Source of the DNA: a virus
Lineage: Duplodnaviria; Heunggongvirae; Uroviricota; Caudoviricetes
IMG/VR virus record: IMGVR_UViG_3300017788_000010
Direction: 5' to 3' (one strand)
Length of the DNA stretch: 24,715 nucleotides
Shown here: piece by piece, positions 6,933 to 13,474 of the stretch
Position numbering within the stretch: position 1 is the first letter of the stretch
How the letters are laid out: every line of letters starts with the position of its first letter
The notes under the pieces: model-generated
Database searches by the model: none
The model's input: only the letters and a program-made list of their open reading frames with translations
What the model was told of the DNA's origin: nothing
Program-made: the position numbers and the translations under genes

Positions 6933-7008
6933 AGCTAGCCGTTACCACTCCGTTACCTTTCTCTTCAACAAGAGACCCATGTCACAGGATGGTAAATATT
7001 TGCTAGCA
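6933..7008 (+). ncRNA. Y-RNA-like element Y4 (short form)
   Basis: GCTAGC 6934-6939/7002-7007; inner TTACCA/TGGTAA and TCC/GGA; GTTACC at +18; apical TCTCTT/AAGAGA hairpin. Confidence 0.6.
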
Positions 7009-7010
7009 AT

Positions 7011-7045
7011 TCCCTGGTAGCTCAATGGTAGAGCAGCGCTTGTTA
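7011..7045 (+). pseudogene. Orphan 5' half of a tRNA (Asn-like, GUU)
   Basis: TCCCTGG-TA-GCTC-AATGGTA-GAGC-A-GCGC-TT-GTT-A. The anticodon-stem strand is 1 nt short and no matching 3' half (CCAGGGA) was seen nearby. Confidence 0.5.
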
Positions 7046-7070
7046 TGCCTCCACATATCTGTACATATTT

Positions 7071-7436
7071 GTGTATATGGATACATTAGAAAAGCACATC
7101 ACTAAGACATGTAAACAGCACGGAGAGACGATATACACCTACGTACCGAGTAGGAAACACTACCGCTGTTCACAGTGTCTAGGTGTGGCCGTAACGAAGC
7201 GGCGTCGAAAGCTGAAAGAGCTTGCCGTGGCGTACCTGGGCGGCGCATGCGCTGTCTGTGGGTACAACAAATGCGTAGCCGCTCTAGAGTTTCACCACAG
7301 AGACCCTGTGGCCAAGGACTTTAGCATATCAAGCACGGGTACTACACGATCTTTTGATAAGATTAAAGTAGAGCTGGATAAGTGCTTGCTTCTCTGCGCT
7401 AACTGTCACAGAGAACACCACGCCGGCGTAGAGTAA
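7071..7436 (+). CDS. HNH endonuclease, free-standing
   Basis: CAVCGY...LEFHHRDP...LDKCLLLCANCHREHH signature. Start at 7071 or 7077. Confidence 0.88.
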   Translation: MYMDTLEKHITKTCKQHGETIYTYVPSRKHYRCSQCLGVAVTKRRRKLKELAVAYLGGACAVCGYNKCVAALEFHHRDPVAKDFSISSTGTTRSFDKIKVELDKCLLLCANCHREHHAGVE

Positions 7437-7448
7437 CCCCCCAAAAAC

Positions 7449-7579
7449 AGCCGGCCGTCGATTGTCCGTTACCTTTTCTGAAAAAAAAGAAGTCCTGGGT
7501 TCGAGTCCCAGCGGGTCCGCCTAACGGGCCTGTAGTTTAATGGTTAAAACAATGACTGGACCATCATCCTTTGCCGGCA
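7449..7579 (+). ncRNA. Y-RNA-like element Y5 with circularly permuted tRNA domain (YrlA-like)
   Basis: Closing helix GCCGGC 7450-7455/7573-7578. T-arm CTGGG-TTCGAGT-CCCAG (7495-7511), acceptor stem CGGGTCC/GGGCCTG closed by GCCTAAC, D-arm GTTT-AATGGTTA-AAAC; AGTC/GACT replaces the anticodon stem. Confidence 0.75.
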
Positions 7580-7623
7580 CCTCAAAGTGCGCCCGTAGCT
7601 CAGCTGGATAGAGCATTCGATTT

Positions 7624-8264
7624 TGCAAAGTCGGCTAAACTTGGTATACTATACCAAGCATGCTGACCACTGGGACCTATTTGTGGAAGATTGAGAAGAT
7701 AGTTAGTAAAGGAACCTATAACTACGCTGTGGTACGGAACCACCCAAAAGCAGACAAGCATGGGTACGTTTTGGAGCACCGCGTGGTAGTAGAAAACCAC
7801 CTGAACAGACTTCTCAATTCGGATGAAATTGTGCACCATAAAAATGGGCAGAAGAAAGACAACCGGATCACAAATCTGGAAGTACTAACTACCCTGGCGC
7901 ACAATCGTGAGCACAGTAAAGATGTCGGAAAAAGGTGGGTAACATTAAGGTGCCCAAACTGTTCCGCTCTTTTCGACAAGCCACGTAACCAAACTTTCCT
8001 GGATAAAGGAGGCGAGTCTACATGTTGCTCACGGCGATGCCGTGGTCAATTTAGTGCACGCATTCAGTACCAAGGAAGAACACAAATAGTGGAGGATGCC
8101 ATATCAGGGAATCTCGTACGGGAGTACCGCAAGTACTACCGCGACAACCCTGAGGAAACCGCCTAACTCGGGTTCCGCAGAGACTGTACGCATCCCACCT
8201 GAGACGGTGAAGATACAGTCCAGCCCACAACGCGAAAGCGGTCTACGTAAGTAGTCGTGGGAGG
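7624..8264 (+). mobile_element. Group I self-splicing intron, probably between tRNA positions 34 and 35
   Basis: P (ATATCAGGGAA 8101-8111), Q (AACCCTGAG 8146-8154), R (CAGAGACTG 8178-8186) and S (GAAGATACAGTCC 8209-8221); P7 GACTGT/ACAGTC; P3 5' strand GGATGC at 8094-8099 with a complement just after R; GAAA-capped P9; CCCAC/GTGGG as in the Thr intron. Confidence 0.87.
7660..8166 (+). CDS. Intron-encoded HNH homing endonuclease with C-terminal Cys motifs
   Basis: YVLEHRVV...EIVHHKNGQKKDNRITNLE HNH signature; CPNC and CCSRRC motifs. Confidence 0.88.
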   Translation: MLTTGTYLWKIEKIVSKGTYNYAVVRNHPKADKHGYVLEHRVVVENHLNRLLNSDEIVHHKNGQKKDNRITNLEVLTTLAHNREHSKDVGKRWVTLRCPNCSALFDKPRNQTFLDKGGESTCCSRRCRGQFSARIQYQGRTQIVEDAISGNLVREYRKYYRDNPEETA

Positions 8265-8338
8265 CTAATCGAATGGTCGTAGGTTCAAATCCTACCGGGC
8301 GCACCACCTACCCATGGGGCAATAAACATTATTTTTAC

Positions 8339-8368
8339 CAAAAGGACACGCTTATCTGTCATAAGATA
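8339..8368 (+). promoter_or_regulatory. Recurrent promoter-like motif (CAAAA...TGTCATAAGATA)
   Basis: Match to the window-wide motif, upstream of the SPFH-HD gene run. Confidence 0.6.
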
Positions 8369-8395
8369 AATGTCCGTAAGAAAGGACTGCCCGTG

Positions 8396-8635
8396 ATGCT
8401 ACGTGTACTTGTTTCTATCGTCGGCGCGGCCGCCATATTTACGATCGGATACCTCACCGGTCGCTTCATAACAAAGAAATACACTCGCAGTATGTTACGT
8501 CATGAGCTGGCGCTATTTTACAACGCAATAATCCAGAATATAAAGCTCGGCAAAGAAAGCCGTGAAAGACTTGATTCTATCTACGCTACACAAGTCCCCG
8601 ACCTAGAACCTTACGAAAGAAACGACTTCCAGTGA
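8396..8635 (+). CDS. Small membrane protein (79 aa)
   Basis: AAAGGA SD at 8381-8386 supports a start at 8393 or 8396 rather than 8273 (inside the tRNA); N-terminal transmembrane helix. Confidence 0.6.
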   Translation: MLRVLVSIVGAAAIFTIGYLTGRFITKKYTRSMLRHELALFYNAIIQNIKLGKESRERLDSIYATQVPDLEPYERNDFQ

Positions 8636-9510
8636 CTCGTTACAACGATGGCCCGTCCCTCAAGGGAATTGTCTTCACAGTCTTGACCGTCGTGGCGCTG
8701 GCAATCGCAGCGCTCCTGGGAGTGAGCTCCTGGGAAACGGCCGAGCCCGGTACGGTGAAAGTGCCTGTGCTCTTCGGCGAGCTGCAGCGCAAGGAGCTGC
8801 GCGGCCCGGAATTCACCAATCCTTTCTATGAGTGGAGAGAGTATGACCTCAAGATGCAAACAGAGGTCATGGAGGACATCTCCATTTTCACACAGGATCA
8901 ATTGCCTGTCGTTGGCGACATCACGGTACAGTGGCAACTGAACCCGGAGTCGGTTTTCGACGTGGCTATGACCATCGGGACGATGCGCGATCTGGATACA
9001 AAGATCGTACTACCTGCCATCAGGGGCGCCGTGCGTGATGCTGGCAAGATGCTCAAGAGCAATTCGGATCTGTTTACTCCAGAAGGTGAAGCCGTCTTCT
9101 CAAAGACTTTCCGAGAGCAGCTAGAGGAGTCCGTCAGTAAACACATCACGATCCTAGCGGTTATTACGCGCGACATGGTCCCTCCTCAGGAGGTTCAAAA
9201 CGCGATTGTTGCAAAAATAAAGGCTGCCCAAGAGGTGGAGCAGCAGAAAGCCATTCTGGACAAGAAGGACCTGGAATCGCAAGAGCGGATCAGGATCTCA
9301 AAATCCGAGCGAGAGGCCTCCGAGAACACGGCCGCTGCCAAAAAAATACTGGCCGATGCAGAAGCATACTCTATCACAGAGGTGGGTAAAGCCCTCGCGG
9401 CAACGCCGGGGGTTGTGCAGCTGCGGTATCTGGAGAGGTGGGATGGAAAGCTGCCCACTATGATGCTCGGCGATGGCGGTAACATGATGATCCAGCTGCC
9501 GGTAAAATGA
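8632..9510 (+). CDS. SPFH / Band 7 / prohibitin-family membrane protein
   Basis: N-terminal transmembrane helix, SPFH core, AI.AK..A.Q coiled coil, and the C-terminal ERWDGKLP motif typical of phage SPFH proteins. Confidence 0.88.
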   Translation: MTRYNDGPSLKGIVFTVLTVVALAIAALLGVSSWETAEPGTVKVPVLFGELQRKELRGPEFTNPFYEWREYDLKMQTEVMEDISIFTQDQLPVVGDITVQWQLNPESVFDVAMTIGTMRDLDTKIVLPAIRGAVRDAGKMLKSNSDLFTPEGEAVFSKTFREQLEESVSKHITILAVITRDMVPPQEVQNAIVAKIKAAQEVEQQKAILDKKDLESQERIRISKSEREASENTAAAKKILADAEAYSITEVGKALAATPGVVQLRYLERWDGKLPTMMLGDGGNMMIQLPVK

Positions 9511-9513
9511 GAT

Positions 9514-9975
9514 ATGCAGGCGCGCAGTAAAGAACTAGAGCTAGCCATTCGCATAGCTGTAGCCGCGCACAAGGGCCAGTCTGACAAAGCTGGCCTGCCT
9601 TATATACTACACCCATTGGCAGTTATGAACGCTGTCGAAACGATAGATGAGAAGATTGTCGCAGTCCTACATGACGCGGTAGAGGACAGCGAGGAGCTTT
9701 CCATCGATGGTATCAGGTTCGACACACGGACTTATATTGTCGACTCTATTTCAAAACGATGTGTAGACGCCATACTGCTCCTAACAAAGACAGACGGCGT
9801 TACATATAACGACTATATAAACCGGGTGTGTGAGAATAGACTGGCTGCCGTAGTAAAAAAGGCAGACATAGCACACAACCTATCCCGCCTACATAACCTG
9901 AAGCCCGAAGACCGGACTAGGTTAGCAAAAAAGTACACCAGCGCGATGGAGTTGCTCCAAAAAGTGCTGAAGTAA
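9514..9975 (+). CDS. Stand-alone HD-domain hydrolase of RelA/SpoT-hydrolase (small alarmone hydrolase-like) type
   Basis: AH.GQ.DK.G.PYI.HP, AVLHDAVED and VK.AD..HN motifs; no synthetase domain. Confidence 0.82.
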   Translation: MQARSKELELAIRIAVAAHKGQSDKAGLPYILHPLAVMNAVETIDEKIVAVLHDAVEDSEELSIDGIRFDTRTYIVDSISKRCVDAILLLTKTDGVTYNDYINRVCENRLAAVVKKADIAHNLSRLHNLKPEDRTRLAKKYTSAMELLQKVLK

Positions 9976-10125
9976 AGCTTGTCTCCGCTAAGTTATGTGT
10001 CTTAGATGGATGAAAAAAACAAAACAAGCGTCTAGGTAGCAAAAAACACTTCGTGAGCCCAAAATGCTTTTCATGCACGGTACGTAAAGCCGTGCCTTTT
10101 CTGTACCCGAACTACAGGCGACCAA

Positions 10126-11697
10126 GTGACAAGATACGGACAACACACTACTTATACACAGAGGGAGCAGGCCCCGGGAACCGTTGCAAACAACGGCGGC
10201 GGCTTCTCCTTCCAATTAGACAAATGGAAACAACTCGATCGCTTTCTGATTTTAGGAAGTGAGGGCGGTACTTATTACGTTGGTGAGCGCAAACTGACCA
10301 GACAAAACGCCACCTGCATAGAGGCGTGCATACAAGAAGATCCGGCAAGGACTGTTCGCAGAATAGAGGAGATCAGCGTAGGTGGAAGAGCTCACAAGAA
10401 CGCGCCCGCCGTGTTCGCTCTCTCGCTGTGCGCCTCCAGCAAAAACCTCGCGGCGAGACAGCTCGCTCTAGAGGCAATGAAGCGGGTATGTCGCACCAGC
10501 ACAGACCTCTTCTCATTTATCGGCGATGTCCAGGAACAGCGTGGTTGGGGCCACTCGTTCAAAAAGGCTGTGTCGCGCTGGTATCTGAGCAAGACTCCTG
10601 AAGCCTTGGCCTATCAGCTGGTCAAATATCGCCAGAGAGAAGGGTGGTCACACAGAGACGCCATACGGCTCTCGCACCCTAAGGCGCATAACATCCCTAT
10701 GAACCACCTACTAGGGTGGGCGGTCGACAAGCACAACGACCTGTCCACGCTTCCGGCGTTGGTGCGGGACTTCACGGATCTGCAGACATGCTCCTCCGTG
10801 AAAGACGCTGTCCGTGTCATACAGCGCAACTCGGCGCTGACCTGGGAAATGGTGCCGACGGAGCTACTGGCGCACAACGCTGTGTGGCGCGCTCTGCTAC
10901 CGAACATGCCGCTGACGGCCATGTTGCGCAATCTCGGAAGAATGACCGCCTACGGTACACTAACCGAACTATCTGACGAAATCGCTACGGTTCGTTCGAA
11001 GATGTTGGATGAGACGTACTTGAAAAAGTCACGCGTGCATCCGATGGCTATTCTGAACGCGTTGCTGGTGTATGGAAAGGGGCACGGTCTCAAAGGCTCG
11101 CTATCCTGGACTCCTCAGCAAGAAATCAAAACAATACTCAATGAGGCGTTCTACCTGTCCTTCAAAACAGTGGAGCCCATCAACAAGAGCGTTATGATAG
11201 CGCTAGACGTTTCTGGTTCTATGGGTACCACCATAGGACAAAACGTTATGAGCTGCAGAGACGCTACGGCGGCGCTATCCCTAGTGACGGCCCGGACAGA
11301 GCCTCGCCATATAATCAAAATGTTCCAAAAAAGTTTGTCCGATTGCCCGATTGTGGCTGGCGATACGCTGGAAACAGCGATTCGTAAGATAAACGGGATA
11401 CCGTTCGGAGCGACAGATTGCGCCTCACCTATCACGTGGGCGACTGCGAACAAGGTGCCTGTCGACCTTTTCGCAATCTACACGGATAACGAGACCAACG
11501 GGTCGTCTATGCACCCTAACAAGGCCCTGGAGAAATACCAGCAGGCCATGGGCAGGGCTGCTAGAATGGTAGTGGTGGGTATGACCTCCACCGGGTTCAC
11601 CATAAGTGATCCGAACAATCCCAACTGTTTGGACGTTGTGGGGTTCGATACCGACACACCGAACCTGATCTCGGCCTTCGGGCGCGGCGAGATCTGA
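10126..11697 (+). CDS. rsr: Ro60 / Rsr ribonucleoprotein (TROVE domain plus vWA domain)
   Basis: N..GGFSF...LDRFLILGSEGGTYY, KYRQREGWSHRD, MPLTAMLRNLGRMT, HPMAILNA and vWA MIDAS motif DVSGSM ... TDNET: the full Ro60 signature set. Confidence 0.95.
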   Translation: MTRYGQHTTYTQREQAPGTVANNGGGFSFQLDKWKQLDRFLILGSEGGTYYVGERKLTRQNATCIEACIQEDPARTVRRIEEISVGGRAHKNAPAVFALSLCASSKNLAARQLALEAMKRVCRTSTDLFSFIGDVQEQRGWGHSFKKAVSRWYLSKTPEALAYQLVKYRQREGWSHRDAIRLSHPKAHNIPMNHLLGWAVDKHNDLSTLPALVRDFTDLQTCSSVKDAVRVIQRNSALTWEMVPTELLAHNAVWRALLPNMPLTAMLRNLGRMTAYGTLTELSDEIATVRSKMLDETYLKKSRVHPMAILNALLVYGKGHGLKGSLSWTPQQEIKTILNEAFYLSFKTVEPINKSVMIALDVSGSMGTTIGQNVMSCRDATAALSLVTARTEPRHIIKMFQKSLSDCPIVAGDTLETAIRKINGIPFGATDCASPITWATANKVPVDLFAIYTDNETNGSSMHPNKALEKYQQAMGRAARMVVVGMTSTGFTISDPNNPNCLDVVGFDTDTPNLISAFGRGEI

Positions 11698-11704
11698 TAA
11701 TTAT

Positions 11705-11731
11705 AAGAAGTAGGCCTCCTACTTCTTTTTT
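11705..11731 (+). terminator. Intrinsic terminator after the Ro60 gene
   Basis: AAGAAGTAGG-CCT-CCTACTTCTT followed by a T-run. Confidence 0.75.
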
Positions 11732-11767
11732 ACACTATACTTAAATAGGTTCCTTAAGGAGATAACC

Positions 11768-12322
11768 ATGAATGTAAAACTTTTGATTATTGCTCTATGC
11801 CTTACCGTAGGCCTAGTCGCGTGCCCCAGCCTTCGTAACGGGCCGCCCCCGACGCCGGAAGAGGCGCTAGTGTTCGCCCCGCAAACGGCGTTACTAGACA
11901 CGGAGCCGCCGCAAAGCTTCATCCTTGTTCCGCCGGAAGTTATCCCACAAAAAGTGGCGGATGCTTTTAGTGGTGAACAGGGTGCGCCGGTCGTACTAAC
12001 CACAGTCGGCGCTCTCAAGCCCGGTGCTCGTCATGTAGCTATTGAAGGAGTGGATTTAAGACAACACGAAGACTTGTTGGCGTGGCTACAGAACCCTGCT
12101 CTGCAGTCTGTCATAACATCCATCTTCCCACAGGCGGCCGGTCTTCTAGCAGGTATTGAATTGTTGCTAGCATTGTTCTTCCCTCGTAAGAGACAGCATT
12201 ATGCTACTGCGGCCAAGGCTGTGTTGAGTGGTTCGCCTAAGATGGCCGGAGCTTCTTTCCTAAAAGCCCTTGGCGCGAGACACACAGAGGAGACGCAAAA
12301 ACCAGAAGATAAAGCGGCATAA
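11768..12322 (+). CDS. Putative lipoprotein / membrane protein
   Basis: AAGGAG SD; signal peptide ending in the lipobox LVAC; second hydrophobic segment near the C-terminus. Confidence 0.7.
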   Translation: MNVKLLIIALCLTVGLVACPSLRNGPPPTPEEALVFAPQTALLDTEPPQSFILVPPEVIPQKVADAFSGEQGAPVVLTTVGALKPGARHVAIEGVDLRQHEDLLAWLQNPALQSVITSIFPQAAGLLAGIELLLALFFPRKRQHYATAAKAVLSGSPKMAGASFLKALGARHTEETQKPEDKAA

Positions 12323-12326
12323 GATA
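12296..12326 (+). promoter_or_regulatory. Recurrent promoter-like motif (CAAAA-N14-CGGCATAAGATA)
   Basis: Match to the window-wide motif, overlapping the stop codon of the upstream gene. Confidence 0.55.
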
Positions 12327-12331
12327 AAAAG

Positions 12332-12396
12332 AGTGTGGACCTTCCCACACTTTGGCCGTCGGAGAAATCCGGCGGCCTTTTCGTCCTCTGACGGAG
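12332..12396 (+). promoter_or_regulatory. Three-hairpin leader with a terminator-like stem and an SD-overlapping hairpin
   Basis: AGTGTGG/CCACACT; GGCCGTCGGA-GAAA-TCCGGCGGCC plus TTTT; CGTC/GACG overlapping the GGAG SD. Confidence 0.45.
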
Positions 12397-12402
12397 CAAA
12401 AC

Positions 12403-12834
12403 ATGAGAAAGGTATTCGTCGGGACAGCGCTCGCGGCTGTGCTCGTATCGTGCGTCGCTACCATCGATGGTGGCGTGTACATGTCGAAGTGCCTGGAGCT
12501 GATCCTGGGCGGTATGACGATGAACACGGACACCGGCGGCTGGTCGTTCTCCGGCGCCGAGTTCAGCGCCATCGACAAAAAGGACTGCCCGGCAAAGTTC
12601 GACCGTGTAGAGTTCGAGGCCGGCGTGGACTCGAACAACGACGGTGAGCTTCAGGCCAACGAGAGGCTCATCTACGTCAACGACACCAGCCCCGGCGACC
12701 ACGTTGTCGTCGGCGCAACGACCGGGACCTACGGAGGTCCCAACGGGAAAGTGATCGTGAAGTACAACGTGTACTACGGCGGAAATCCCAACCCCGCGGT
12801 CTCCAAGACCGAGATCATCACGCCCAAGGCGTAA
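12403..12834 (+). CDS. Putative lipoprotein (143 aa) with a DxNxDG calcium-binding-like loop
   Basis: ACGGAG SD; MRKVFVGTALAAVLVSC lipobox supports a start at 12403; DSNNDGELQANE motif. Confidence 0.7.
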   Translation: MRKVFVGTALAAVLVSCVATIDGGVYMSKCLELILGGMTMNTDTGGWSFSGAEFSAIDKKDCPAKFDRVEFEAGVDSNNDGELQANERLIYVNDTSPGDHVVVGATTGTYGGPNGKVIVKYNVYYGGNPNPAVSKTEIITPKA

Positions 12835-12890
12835 CCACATCCAGGGCCTCCGGCCCTGGATCAACCACACCCTCACAAAGAAAGAAAATC

Positions 12891-13385
12891 ATGAAGAGCA
12901 AAATGCTCGTCGCGTTTGTGTTCCTCGTTCTCGCCACCGTGGCCTATGCGTTCCGGGCGCTGACCCCGGCCACAGTCGCGGCACCTAGTGCTGCTGCTGC
13001 GCAGGCCGCCTACCAGCGGGTTCAGGAAAAAATGCTGGTCCCCATCTACCGTAGCCAGGACAACATCCTGGCTATGGAGCTGGTGGTGTACGAGACCGAG
13101 AACGAGTACTGGGTGGCGTTCCAAAACTTCGACGTTCCGGCGTCCTCTGCTGCCTATGTTCAGACGAAGGTCTTGCCTGACTGTGGCATGGTGGAGGTGT
13201 CGCAATTTGGCATCGCGACGCAGTACAAGATGGTCGCGGTCGACGGCGCCGTCGTCACGCCTCTACCGAAAACCTTCTTCGGCGTTTGGTCGCGCATCAA
13301 GATCGGCGCATGGCTGAACGGAACTGACTGGACAGATCCCCACGCTTCCATCTTCTGGATGGACGTGAATCTGCACGTCCAATAG
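12891..13385 (+). CDS. Putative secreted protein (164 aa)
   Basis: Signal peptide MKSKMLVAFVFLVLATVAYA; strongly G/C-ending codons. Confidence 0.7.
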   Translation: MKSKMLVAFVFLVLATVAYAFRALTPATVAAPSAAAAQAAYQRVQEKMLVPIYRSQDNILAMELVVYETENEYWVAFQNFDVPASSAAYVQTKVLPDCGMVEVSQFGIATQYKMVAVDGAVVTPLPKTFFGVWSRIKIGAWLNGTDWTDPHASIFWMDVNLHVQ

Positions 13386-13405
13386 CCTAGCGGCTACGAG
13401 AAAGA

Positions 13406-13437
13406 AGGGGGACCGGGTTAATCCCGGCCTTCCTTTT
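13406..13437 (+). terminator. Intrinsic terminator
   Basis: GC-rich stem around CCGGG-TTAAT-CCCGG followed by CTTTT. Confidence 0.6.
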
Positions 13438-13441
13438 AGGT

Positions 13442-13472
13442 CAAAAATACCCCCCAAATATGGCATAAGATA
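13442..13472 (+). promoter_or_regulatory. Recurrent promoter-like motif CAAAA-N14-TGGCATAAGATA
   Basis: Exact core match. Confidence 0.6.
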
Positions 13473-13474
13473 TT

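Larger units (their letters stand above)
7589..8306 (+). tRNA. tRNA-Arg (UCU), split by a group I intron (exons 7589-7623 and 8265-8306)
   Basis: Acceptor GCGCCCG/CGGGCGC, D-loop with the Arg-type A20, short variable loop; joining gives TTCGA-TTTCTAA-TCGAA; encoded CCA. A 1-nt-shifted junction would give GCU, but the body is not Ser-like. Confidence 0.8.

Noticed and set aside
4841-7579. Repeated AACAGCYRGCCG motif as a CRISPR repeat or MITE
   Set aside because: Spacing is irregular (140 to 1740 nt), sequence identity is confined to short motifs with covarying helices, and there are no target-site duplications or cas genes.
8273-8395. N-terminal extension of the 8273-8635 ORF
   Set aside because: It overlaps the tRNA-Arg 3' exon and the promoter motif; the SD supports a start at 8393 or 8396.
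9976-10125. Y RNA immediately upstream of the Ro60 gene
   Set aside because: Only two short hairpins (10075-10095, 10101-10117); no closing bulged helix or T/D arms.
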